Shown here: in pieces, positions 28,284-37,207 of the stretch
Layout: the number at the start of each line of letters is the position of its first letter
Position numbering within the stretch: position 1 is the stretch's first letter
Assembly: GCA_002167285.1 (NCBI GenBank)
Contig: NHDG01000062.1
Span: forward strand, 804-64,803
Reading direction: 5' to 3'
DNA length: 64,000 bases
DNA from: Planctomycetia bacterium TMED53
Lineage (GTDB): Bacteria > Planctomycetota > UBA8108 > UBA1146
The notes under the pieces: generated by a model
Database searches by the model: none
What the model was told of the DNA's origin: nothing
Seen by the model: only the letters and a program-made list of their open reading frames with translations
Position numbers and translations under genes: made by a program

Positions 28284-30088
28284 ATCCACGGACGACGATG
28301 ATTCTGGCGATTCTTGCGGTGATCTTGACCTCTCTCGCGTATCGATCGATTCGTGATTCCCGTCCCACTTACGTGGTCGGCTTGGAAAAGCCTTTGAACT
28401 TTTCGATTCCAGCAGTGAATACCCTGGAAATCATCAGGGGGAAGGGTGATCCGATTGAAATCGTACGCCAAGCCTCTGATCAGTCCCAAGGGCAAAGTTT
28501 CTGGCGAATTGAAAAGCCGGTCTCTGATCCCGGTCGATACTCCGCCATCGAAGACTTGTTACTGATGTTAAGGGACATCGAGTCTTATGGTGAGGGTCCT
28601 AAGAACCTCGCCCAATGCGGCCTCGATGATCCTCTGGTGAGTGTAAAAATTAAAACGGGATCAGAAACCCACGAATTGCTTCTAGGGAAGGATCATCCCT
28701 CCCTCAATCGCGCATACGCTTTGATCGATGGCCGATCAGTCTTGGTGAATCGGTTACTCAGGGAGGTTCTGCAGCAGTTTCGCTTATCAGAGATTCGCGA
28801 AGATGCGGTTGTGGGGATCTCTCCCGCGCGAATTCGGCGAATCAAATTGGAGCGACCCGGCGTTGCTGAAGTGGAACTCCGAAAAAGTGGTGCGTTTTGG
28901 TCGATGGAGCAACCTTATCCAGGGGATGCCAATTCGAGCGCCATCGAATCCTGGTTACAGAAATTGAGCCAGTGGGCAGTCATCGATTATCTCGACGACG
29001 ATGCGGCTGTCGCCGCTGCACTGGAAACTCCGCGGGCAACACTGACCCTTGAGACGGACGACACAACGAAGGTCATCGAGGTCGGCCCCGTCTTTGCCGT
29101 CGAAGGTCAATCTGCGGCTGTCGCAGTGAAAGTCAGTGATCGATCAGCGATTTTGATCGTTGCCGGATCAACTGCCGAAAATTTGGTTCAGCGCAAGGCG
29201 GAGAGCTGGGTTAGCCCTTATCTGATTCGCTTTGACGACCCTCGGATCGAGGCGATGGCCTTGTCGCGGGGATCTTATGGGCCGGTGGAAATCATCAAAA
29301 AAGATGGGGGCGGCTGGAATCTGAACTGGGCTGGTGAACAAGGATCGCGTGAAGCGAATACCGATTTGATCGATTCGTATCTCACCGATTTGTCGACTTT
29401 GAAAGCAGAGAGGTGGCAGCGAGTTGACCGGCAAGCTCTGCAAAAGTGGGGGTTTGACCAACCTCTCCTTGAGATTCGACTCGAATCCCCCGGTGGCGAA
29501 TCGGAGTTGTTGTTGATCGGTTCATCGGTACCTGAGAACCCCGGATTGCATTACGTGTGGAATCCTCGAAGAGAGTCATGCGCCTTAGCCTCGTTGGCTC
29601 CATTAGAGTCGCTGCGTAGGGCGCCATTTTCACTACGATCTCTGCGATTAGCCCCTCCTGCACAGGAGGTCTTCCGTTTGAAGCTGTCCGCTTCTGGGGT
29701 GGGTCAGGTGGAGCTTGTCAGGCCGAGCCAAAACTGGCGTGTGGTTCCAGGATCTGGCGGCTCTGTCGAGGATGCGCCGATCGAGCTGGAAATGAACCTT
29801 CTCAGTGAGCGCTTAACCCAGATGTCGATCGGACGCTGGCTCGACCCGGGAGAAGAGGCTCCGAATCAGGGAAGACATCGCTTGCGCATCGACTGGCTTG
29901 CTCCAGATTCTTCGACACAACCGCTCAGAACCATTTACCTTGGTGGAAGAACTGCAGAAGGCTGGATTCGTGCGAGACTGGGTGATTCCGATTGGGCTTT
30001 TGCCCTCGCACCGTTGCCGGGAGCAAACCTGGAGGCGTTGGGCCTCGAAGTGTTGCGTCAGTTGACTGTGACAGAAGAGGAAGATTGA
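28280..30088 (+). CDS. Multi-DUF4340 domain protein
   Basis: N-terminal anchor and about 3 repeats of W.+E.P..(G)DA...I..+L..L / GLD.P...+.+ units. ATGA overlap. Confidence 0.72.
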   Translation: MNPRTTMILAILAVILTSLAYRSIRDSRPTYVVGLEKPLNFSIPAVNTLEIIRGKGDPIEIVRQASDQSQGQSFWRIEKPVSDPGRYSAIEDLLLMLRDIESYGEGPKNLAQCGLDDPLVSVKIKTGSETHELLLGKDHPSLNRAYALIDGRSVLVNRLLREVLQQFRLSEIREDAVVGISPARIRRIKLERPGVAEVELRKSGAFWSMEQPYPGDANSSAIESWLQKLSQWAVIDYLDDDAAVAAALETPRATLTLETDDTTKVIEVGPVFAVEGQSAAVAVKVSDRSAILIVAGSTAENLVQRKAESWVSPYLIRFDDPRIEAMALSRGSYGPVEIIKKDGGGWNLNWAGEQGSREANTDLIDSYLTDLSTLKAERWQRVDRQALQKWGFDQPLLEIRLESPGGESELLLIGSSVPENPGLHYVWNPRRESCALASLAPLESLRRAPFSLRSLRLAPPAQEVFRLKLSASGVGQVELVRPSQNWRVVPGSGGSVEDAPIELEMNLLSERLTQMSIGRWLDPGEEAPNQGRHRLRIDWLAPDSSTQPLRTIYLGGRTAEGWIRARLGDSDWAFALAPLPGANLEALGLEVLRQLTVTEEED

Positions 30089-31509
30089 TGAGTGGAATGC
30101 GTGGATCCCTGATATTGCTGATCCTGCTCGTTTCCGTGGTCTCATGGATTTTCTTTTTGCCCAGCGATTCGGTTGTTGCCCCAGGAACGGATGAGTCGGG
30201 CGACGATAATCAGCCCGCAGATTCTTCTTCAGTGACTCAAACCTCTGATTTAAACCCCATCGGGGTTGAAAAGCCGATAGACCCGCCAAAACAAAATCAA
30301 ACAAAACAAAATCAAGAAGCTCAAGTTGGAGAGGTCTCGGATCCGAATCCCTCTGAGGCCGATGGATCCAAGACTGAACTGACAGTCAGGGTCTTGAGCG
30401 CGAAGGGGCAGGTTCTCCCCATGGGAAGTGGAACTGCTCTTCTCAGAAATGGTGGTACTGAGATCCTTTCCAGTGAATCTCCTGAGGTCGTCGATGGTTC
30501 TGATCTTGCTGCCGGGGGCGGTGAGTTTCCGATTCATAAGATCCCTTCCCTAAGAGGAGCTTGGATCGTCGATTCGACGGAACAAGGCACCCCGGAGGGT
30601 TCTGGGGGACAGGGTGTCACGGGTAAAGCACTGATCCGTGTCGATCGACTGACTCTGCTGCGTCCTCAGGATCTGGAGCAGCGTCCACTGTTGGTGATTC
30701 CTGCAGAAACACCCCTTCCCCAAGGAAGCCGCCTGCGCGTGCAGGTGATCGGTGATGGCAGAATTCTAGATGGTGGGATTCTCAAGGTCGAAGGGCCTTT
30801 TAATACTTGGGTCTACCCCCTTCAGTCACGTCAGTGGTACGCCGGTTTATTAAAGGTTCAGATCACTTGGTCGTGGGAGGCCGCCACCGATTCGCGGCAC
30901 GATCAAATCTTGGCACTTCGCGGTGATCAGTTTTCAGATCAGGATTGGACATGGGACGGAGTTTTGAGTGTCGACACCGCCGAGGAAGCTCAACGGCAAG
31001 GGGAATTGATTCGTCGCTGGTACAAACGAGCCCTCGACGAGGTTGAAATGACCCGGGACCTGCTTCTCGTCGCCGGGGCCCATGCCCGTGGTAAGAGGGC
31101 TCGGTTGGTTCGCGATGATGACCGTATGGGGCGTCTTTTGACCCATCCTTTGGCTCCGGTTCTTGACGATTTGGGGCGCGGAGAGAATTTCGACGAAAAG
31201 CGTTGGCGTCAATTAATCGATGAAGATTTACCTGAGAGGTGGAAACCGTGGGTCGAAGAGGGTGCGATTCCTTGGCCGGATCGCTATCCGGGCCCTGCGA
31301 GAAATATTCCGCTACTTTTTCATACCCTCGTCAAATACAGCCGCCTCGAAAGTACCGTGATTTATCTGGCACTTGGCAAGGAACGTCACCGCAACGATTT
31401 CGTCGCCGATTTCGACTGGGATCCGGCCACCGAAAGAACTCAGACCCTCGGTAAGCTGCGCAACTTTATCAATGCGATCAGAGAGAAGCTTGCAGAGCTG
31501 GATAACTGA
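30088..31509 (+). CDS. Membrane-anchored hypothetical protein
   Basis: N-terminal TM, acidic low-complexity linker, TGATG coupling to the upstream gene. Confidence 0.65.
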   Translation: MSGMRGSLILLILLVSVVSWIFFLPSDSVVAPGTDESGDDNQPADSSSVTQTSDLNPIGVEKPIDPPKQNQTKQNQEAQVGEVSDPNPSEADGSKTELTVRVLSAKGQVLPMGSGTALLRNGGTEILSSESPEVVDGSDLAAGGGEFPIHKIPSLRGAWIVDSTEQGTPEGSGGQGVTGKALIRVDRLTLLRPQDLEQRPLLVIPAETPLPQGSRLRVQVIGDGRILDGGILKVEGPFNTWVYPLQSRQWYAGLLKVQITWSWEAATDSRHDQILALRGDQFSDQDWTWDGVLSVDTAEEAQRQGELIRRWYKRALDEVEMTRDLLLVAGAHARGKRARLVRDDDRMGRLLTHPLAPVLDDLGRGENFDEKRWRQLIDEDLPERWKPWVEEGAIPWPDRYPGPARNIPLLFHTLVKYSRLESTVIYLALGKERHRNDFVADFDWDPATERTQTLGKLRNFINAIREKLAELDN

Positions 31510-31553
31510 GCTCAGATCGGCAGGGAAGAAAACAGGAGCGACTTGCGGGAGAT

Positions 31554-32318
31554 TTAGCGATCCCTGTTTACACTGCTTCTGATTCTTTGAATCTCTACTT
31601 CCCCTTGGCGATAACGCTCAACTTCCCCTTGAGGGCCGACCCATAAACGTGCTTCGAAATCCTTGGAAGTGATATGCCACCGCTGTACTGCAAGATCTGA
31701 GATCTGCTCTTCGCGTTCTCTTCGGCACTTCAAATCGAGGTATCGATACTCTCCAGGGATCAGGGCCGAAAAAGTGGCTTCGTCCTTCCCTTCTTGGTGG
31801 TGCTTTTTGAGGTGCATGGCGATCAGAAGCCAATGTTCAAAGGACTGATTCCCCAACAACACGAAGTTCTCGCGGAGTGGGATGACCCGATCTACCTGAG
31901 ATTCAGTATTCGGATTGCGCACGACGATACGAACGTCTTCTTTTCGAAACTTGGCAGCAGTGGTGAGTGCGCTAATTCCACCCAGTGCAGCATTGACTTC
32001 TAATTGGCGAGTGAGAGCGATCGGTCGTAGCCCCGACGCCTCAAAATCAGTGTTCTGACGCAGGTCTAGGGCTCTTCCTTCTCGATTCCACAGCATCCTG
32101 GAGTCCAAACGCCAAGAATCTTCAGCGGCCCTCTGCAAGCGCGAGAGGCGGGTTCTGGTCGTTCCCACCGGGGCTCCGGCATGGACCCAGCGCCACGTCA
32201 GATCCGCATCAGTCACATATGGGAGGGGAGGCGTCGCTTTATCGGGATTGGGAGTGACAGGTTTGGGGTCATCGACCACAAATGTCAAAATTGCAACCGT
32301 CAAAAGTAGTGTGATCAT
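31554..32318 (-). CDS. Exported beta-rich hypothetical protein
   Basis: Hydrophobic N-terminus MITLLLTVAILTF, Pro-rich linker, alternating strand pattern. Confidence 0.6.
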   Translation of the reverse strand: MITLLLTVAILTFVVDDPKPVTPNPDKATPPLPYVTDADLTWRWVHAGAPVGTTRTRLSRLQRAAEDSWRLDSRMLWNREGRALDLRQNTDFEASGLRPIALTRQLEVNAALGGISALTTAAKFRKEDVRIVVRNPNTESQVDRVIPLRENFVLLGNQSFEHWLLIAMHLKKHHQEGKDEATFSALIPGEYRYLDLKCRREREEQISDLAVQRWHITSKDFEARLWVGPQGEVERYRQGEVEIQRIRSSVNRDR

Positions 32319-32594
32319 GTTTGATTCCCAATCGTGACAGATCTTCAAAGTTGTCGAAGAGGACCCGTGCAATTTTGATGTGGTTTGTGGTACGATCACA
32401 TCTTGGTTGGAGTGAGGACATCTGGCAAGACACGATGCGCTTATTATTTTGTTTCGTGCATGCTGAATGACCCAACTTTTTCGGGACGAGGAGGCCTCAT
32501 TGCGGGGCGTCTCGGTTTGGAACGGGAAGTGATTTCCGTTTCGTATCAAGGGAGTGACGTGTACCTGTAGCTTTCAGGAACACGCGGGAAAGGA

Positions 32595-33614
32595 ATGCTG
32601 ATGCGCAAGGATTTGTCGTTGATTCGACGTCTCGAGAAGATCGAGAAGGAACTGGGGTATTGCCAGATCAAGCTCGAAAAAGAGCAACGCCTTGCGACGC
32701 GAGTCCATTTTCTGAGGGCGCACAGAGATCACATGCGTGGTTCTCTGAGCAGCTATCCAGAAGCCCACAGTGAATCGCAAAATTCTCTAGGTGGCATCGC
32801 CTTTGTCGAAATCTCTCGCAAGATGATGGAAGAGGAATCGAGCTTTTCCTATGAGGATATTCGCCTCGAATTCATCGCCATTGGAATGCGCCCTGAGATT
32901 CTCCAAGAGCTGGACTTACTCGATCAGGACATCACCGATACCACCGATAAGTTGCTGACCTTCCGTGTGTTCCACGACAAGATCGCGGGTCTCCAGTCTG
33001 AGAGAACTCAGGCTTTGAGCAGCTTTATTCTCGAAGAGGGTGAGCCGGTTCTCAAAATCTCCGAGAATTTTGAACAAACCGAATCTCGTTGGAATGTTTT
33101 GACGGAAGATTTAACCAATCTCGATGATGCTCTTTTCTGTGTTCAGCGTGCCAATGACTACCTGGCCTCAGCCAGGAATTTTGTTTTGCAGGCTCGCAGT
33201 CACTACTCTGTGCCGGATTGGTTGGAGAGCGGTTACCTTGTAGACCTCTTCAAGCATTCATTGATCGGTCGAATCCGAGAGATGCTCGAAGGAGCTGAAC
33301 GAAATCTCAAAACCGCTCTCGGCGAATTGATCTGCCTCAATGATGAGGATTACGATCTCTTTGAGTTCACCGATTTTGCTCCGATCCTCTTGCCCTTCTA
33401 TAAGCATTTGTTCAGCGACGTCTTCAAGCAGACCAAGTTTCAAGATGTTTTGAATCTCGCCGAGGAACGGCTCGACAGAACTGAGCGTTTGCACAAGCGT
33501 CTCGAGGAAACTCGGGAGCGAGTCTTCAACAACCAGATGCAACAGGAGGGCGAGCGGGAAGACCTCTTCCACCAGATCGGTGAAGAGCGCAGAAAGCTAC
33601 GCCTGAGCAACTGA
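32595..33614 (+). CDS. Helical/coiled-coil hypothetical protein
   Basis: 339-aa ORF with RBS AAGGA and an E/L/R-rich heptad character. No recognised motif. Confidence 0.7.
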   Translation: MLMRKDLSLIRRLEKIEKELGYCQIKLEKEQRLATRVHFLRAHRDHMRGSLSSYPEAHSESQNSLGGIAFVEISRKMMEEESSFSYEDIRLEFIAIGMRPEILQELDLLDQDITDTTDKLLTFRVFHDKIAGLQSERTQALSSFILEEGEPVLKISENFEQTESRWNVLTEDLTNLDDALFCVQRANDYLASARNFVLQARSHYSVPDWLESGYLVDLFKHSLIGRIREMLEGAERNLKTALGELICLNDEDYDLFEFTDFAPILLPFYKHLFSDVFKQTKFQDVLNLAEERLDRTERLHKRLEETRERVFNNQMQQEGEREDLFHQIGEERRKLRLSN

Positions 33615-33661
33615 TTCAGTCACCGACAGGTGACAGTCAGCTGATTTGCTGGCGGTGAATC
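33613..33661. terminator. Compact three-stem structure between convergent genes
   Basis: GATTCA/TGAATC encloses GTCACC/GGTGAC and GTCAGC/GCTGGC. Confidence 0.4.
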
Positions 33662-33681
33662 AATAAAGCTGGCACAGATCC

Positions 33682-34743
33682 TTAAAAATCAAGGATCTGT
33701 GCCAGCTTCTTCTTTGCGGTGGTTGGTTCTTTTGCCAGATCCCCGGTGATCAAAGCTCGTCCATCCCGATAGCAAGTGATCGCACCAGCTGGATCCTCGA
33801 TTCGCAGAGAGAAGGGCGTTTTGCGCCACTTCTCCAACGGACTATTACTGATCAAGTGCTGCTGAATCGTATCGATGTCTTTATCGATCCACACCTCCAG
33901 TGATCCACTTCCGCAGAGCCTGCGCATCGGATAACCGGCTTCACGCTGATGCCCGGACGCCATATCCACTGATTTTTCGAGTGCGCTCGATGAGCATGTT
34001 GGGCAATTCGGATCGGCGAACAGTTCCACCCAGCGCTCTCCTTCAGCCAGTGAGCCACGTAAAATTCTACGACTCGAGTTTTCTGGGTGTCGTGGATCTG
34101 TGCCGCCGAAATCTAGTGGAGATTGAAGGGTCATGGTGAGCAGTCTGAAGACGGCGCTCGCTGCGGCCATGCAAGTGGCCGGCAACACGCCTACAGTTTC
34201 ACAGGTGCCGATGGAGACCTCGTTCAATTCTGGCGCAACCCAACAATGGTAGCAGGGGGAGCCGGGCGGCGTGAAAGATGCGGCGATCCAGCGATCAGCG
34301 ATGGCTGCGGAATGGAACCAGCCAATTGCGGACTGAAGAGAAGTCTCCTGAATCAAAGATCTGGCTGCGATGTGGTCGGTCGCATCGATGACGAAATCAT
34401 GGCCCTCAAACAGCTCCAGTGCGTTACGCGGCGTCAACATCCCGGCGTAACTCCTCAAGGAAGTTCTACCGCCGATTTGACTGAGAAATTTGTAGGCTGC
34501 TTCTGCCTTGGGAATCCCACTGATGACGTCTTTGTCATCGTAGAGAAGCTGTCGATGTAAATCGGTGTCATGAACCCGATCTCCATCCACCAGTGTCAGT
34601 TGACCGATTCCGCTACGGGTAAGGATTTGGGCCAGGGGGGTTCCGACACCGCCCAGGCCGACGAGGAGAATGGAAGTTTCCGCCCAAGCCTGATCGAAAG
34701 ACTTTCCGTCTTCTACCGTCCGCTGGCGCAGGTATCGGTCCAA
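33682..34743 (-). CDS. ThiF/MoeB/HesA-family adenylyltransferase
   Basis: GLGGVG, DLHRQ, DATD, Zn sites PCYHC and CPTC, TCETVGV, C-terminal LCG domain. Confidence 0.88.
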   Translation of the reverse strand: MDRYLRQRTVEDGKSFDQAWAETSILLVGLGGVGTPLAQILTRSGIGQLTLVDGDRVHDTDLHRQLLYDDKDVISGIPKAEAAYKFLSQIGGRTSLRSYAGMLTPRNALELFEGHDFVIDATDHIAARSLIQETSLQSAIGWFHSAAIADRWIAASFTPPGSPCYHCWVAPELNEVSIGTCETVGVLPATCMAAASAVFRLLTMTLQSPLDFGGTDPRHPENSSRRILRGSLAEGERWVELFADPNCPTCSSSALEKSVDMASGHQREAGYPMRRLCGSGSLEVWIDKDIDTIQQHLISNSPLEKWRKTPFSLRIEDPAGAITCYRDGRALITGDLAKEPTTAKKKLAQILDF

Positions 34744-34879
34744 GGGGCCTCTTTCCGCGATGACAAACCCCGTTCCAGCTGAACCTTCTCTGACGGGCTA
34801 CTGAAAATCTAGCCGAGCGCGGTACATGACTCCAGCTGCCCCTGCAGATCTCACAGAAGTTACCGCTCTTTGAGCCATA

Positions 34880-34935
34880 GAGCGGGGCTGAGGGAGCGGG
34901 GCTGTGGGAGCGGGTTTGGGAGAGCGGGGTTAGGG
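34880..34935 (+). repeat. Four imperfect 14-nt G-rich tandem units; eight G-tracts
   Basis: GAGCGGGGCTGAGG, GAGCGGGGCTGTGG, GAGCGGGTTTGGGA and GAGCGGGGTTAGGG starting at 34880, 34894, 34908 and 34922. Confidence 0.85.
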
Positions 34936-35017
34936 AGGAGGAGTGGCGAAGGTGGGTTGCATGTGGGCTCTCCCGGGTTTGTACTGCCTGTTTGATTCTC
35001 AGGGAAATGGGGTAGGG

Positions 35018-35701
35018 GTGTTTCAGTTCGAGCGGGTCTTCGATCTACTGATTTCCCTTCCCTGCGCTTATCTCATCGGGGCGATTCCATTCAGTTACAT
35101 CATTGGCCGAATGAACGGTGTCGATCTTTTGAAGGTCGGAAGCGGTAACCCCGGGGCGACAAATTTGAGTCGCAATTTGGGCAAGAAGATCGGCGCATTC
35201 GGATTAATTTTGGACCTCTTGAAAGGGGTCGCACCGCTCTTGATCGCCCGCTACTACTTCTGGCCCGAAGGAAATCTTCCAGTGATTTGGGCCATGTGTA
35301 TCGGCGCCGCGGCAGTGGTGGGACACTGCTTTTCTCCTTTCCTTCTTGGCAAGGGAGGTAAAGGGGTTGCGACGACTGCGGGAGTGTTGATCGCCTATGA
35401 ACCGTTTTTAGCGTTGGTTTTGCTGGCCTTTTGGGGCGTCATGCTGCGCTGGATTGGGAGTGTCGGCATCGCTTCGGTGGTGGCAGCACTCGGAGGAGCA
35501 CTCCTGGGCGCCACATTGATGATGCAGGCATTTTCGTTGGACTTCCTCTTGGTCAATTGTAGCTCTGCCGAATATCAGCGCTATGCCACAGATCAGCGCC
35601 AGCTGGGAGCGGCACTGGTGCTGATTTGTTTGTTGATCGTGATCAGGCATCGACAAAACATTCGCGAGTACCGTGAGGCAAGATCGGGGGCTACCGAATG
35701 A
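35018..35701 (+). CDS. plsY: Glycerol-3-phosphate acyltransferase PlsY
   Basis: YLIGAIP, GSGNPGATN, DLLKG, GHCFS, GGKGVAT, RHRQNI. Probable GTG start. Confidence 0.92.
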   Translation: MFQFERVFDLLISLPCAYLIGAIPFSYIIGRMNGVDLLKVGSGNPGATNLSRNLGKKIGAFGLILDLLKGVAPLLIARYYFWPEGNLPVIWAMCIGAAAVVGHCFSPFLLGKGGKGVATTAGVLIAYEPFLALVLLAFWGVMLRWIGSVGIASVVAALGGALLGATLMMQAFSLDFLLVNCSSAEYQRYATDQRQLGAALVLICLLIVIRHRQNIREYREARSGATE

Positions 35702-36678
35702 GGATGCTCATCGTTGGCTCCGGGACTTGGGGAACTGCTCTCGCCCACGTTGCCAGACGTGCCGGAATCGAAGTAGCGATTCATTGTCGCAGGGCAGAGC
35801 GCGCCGCAGAGCTTTCTCGCGGAGAACACTCTTTTTTGCCGGATTTGGCCCTCGAAGAGGGATTCAAAGTATGCGTTGCCGATCAGGATCCCATCCCCGA
35901 AGTGGACTTGGTGCTATGTGCCGTGCCGACTCAAAAAATCCGCGAATATCTGCTCGGGCCCGGTCAGCAGTTACCAAGGGAGATCCCTTGGATTTCAGCC
36001 TCGAAGGGGTTGGAGAAGGGGACAGGAGCACTCCCCAGCAAAATTCTTCAGGAATGCGGAGTCAATGCTGAGCCGGGGGTGCTGTCCGGCCCCAGTCATG
36101 CGGAAGAAGTTTTACGAGATCTTCCGACCGCTGTTGTTTTTGCTCATCCTGAAGAAGATTTTTCCAACCACATTCAGAAGTCTTTACGAACTCCCGAGTT
36201 CAGAATTTATCGCAGTACCGATCGAGTCGGAGTTGAGTGGGCTGGAGTGTTGAAAAACGTGGTTGCTCTAGGGTGTGGTATTGCGGTGGGCCACGGATTC
36301 GGTGACAACACTATTGCTGCGATGGTGACCCGTGGAAGCGCAGAGATTTCGCGGATGGGTTGCCTCTTGGGAGGCCAGCGGGAAACCTTCTCCGGGCTCT
36401 CAGGGATCGGCGATCTCGTGGTGACGTGCTTCAGTTCTCATTCTCGGAATCGGCTCTTTGGGGAAGCCATCGGCATGGGGCGATCGGTTGCGGAGGTGAT
36501 CGGTGAAATGAAGCAGGTTGCCGAGGGGGTTCATACCAGTAGCGCAGCTCATGAAATGGCAAAATCGCTGGCGGTCGAAATGCCGATCGTTGAAACGGTT
36601 TCCAGGGTATTGAGCGGCGAAATATCGGTGGAGCAGGGGATCGAGGGACTCCTTTTGCGGGTGCCTGATCAGGAATGA
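35698..36678 (+). CDS. gpsA: NAD(P)H-dependent glycerol-3-phosphate dehydrogenase
   Basis: GSGTWGTALA, SKGLE, SGPSHAEEV, LKNVVALGCG, GIGDLVVTCFS.HSRNR, AEGV. Confidence 0.96.
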   Translation: MRMLIVGSGTWGTALAHVARRAGIEVAIHCRRAERAAELSRGEHSFLPDLALEEGFKVCVADQDPIPEVDLVLCAVPTQKIREYLLGPGQQLPREIPWISASKGLEKGTGALPSKILQECGVNAEPGVLSGPSHAEEVLRDLPTAVVFAHPEEDFSNHIQKSLRTPEFRIYRSTDRVGVEWAGVLKNVVALGCGIAVGHGFGDNTIAAMVTRGSAEISRMGCLLGGQRETFSGLSGIGDLVVTCFSSHSRNRLFGEAIGMGRSVAEVIGEMKQVAEGVHTSSAAHEMAKSLAVEMPIVETVSRVLSGEISVEQGIEGLLLRVPDQE

Positions 36679-37040
36679 GGAACCGGGTGATTTACTGGGT
36701 CGTTGCCACTGTGCCTGTCGACGTCTTAGATCTCGTCAGGGAGCGCTTTGAAACCGTCGGAATCGTCAGGTTTACCGCTGCAGAGGTTGAAGTATTGGGC
36801 CCAGAATCCACGGGAACAGCTTCCCAAGGTACAGCGGTGGGTTTGGGTGCAGAGTCGGGCTCAATGGACAGCGTCCACTGCATGAGAGTGGAGGTCGCGG
36901 TCAATGAGGAGTTTCTGACGCCGACCATCACCGTTTTGGAGGATCTCACCTCAGAGGGCAAGAGGATCGATTTCCACGTCGGTGAACTGAAGGATGCCCG
37001 CAGAATCCGAACCGGGGAGTCCGGACCGGAGGCAATTTAG
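36675..37040 (+). CDS. Degenerate PII (GlnB/GlnK-like) protein
   Basis: LD.VRE....VGI..T..EV, RVEVAV and the RIRTGE.G.EAI terminus. T-loop and B-loop are divergent. Confidence 0.78.
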   Translation: MRNRVIYWVVATVPVDVLDLVRERFETVGIVRFTAAEVEVLGPESTGTASQGTAVGLGAESGSMDSVHCMRVEVAVNEEFLTPTITVLEDLTSEGKRIDFHVGELKDARRIRTGESGPEAI

Positions 37041-37112
37041 ATTTAGATGGCGGCTTCCTGCGGAATCGGTGGTCGCGGGTGGGATTGGCACTTAATTGTA
37101 ACGGTTATTGTT

Positions 37113-37131
37113 CGGCACGAATCATGTGCCG
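37113..37131. promoter_or_regulatory. Palindromic operator upstream of glnA (NtrC-like GCAC-N7-GTGC)
   Basis: CGGCAC-GAATCAT-GTGCCG perfect inverted repeat. Confidence 0.55.
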
Positions 37132-37207
37132 GAAGATATGAGAAATCGAATCATTAGATTCAAGGTTTAGAAGAATCAAGGCTCATGGGGGGGCCGAGGC
37201 GAAGGGA

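Noticed and set aside
30287-30315. 15-nt in-frame duplication (KQNQT-KQNQE)
   Set aside because: Ordinary slippage in a low-complexity linker.
37086-37101. Canonical sigma54 promoter TGGCAC-N5-TTGC upstream of glnA
   Set aside because: Spacing is one base short and the -12 reads GT, so it is not called as a promoter.
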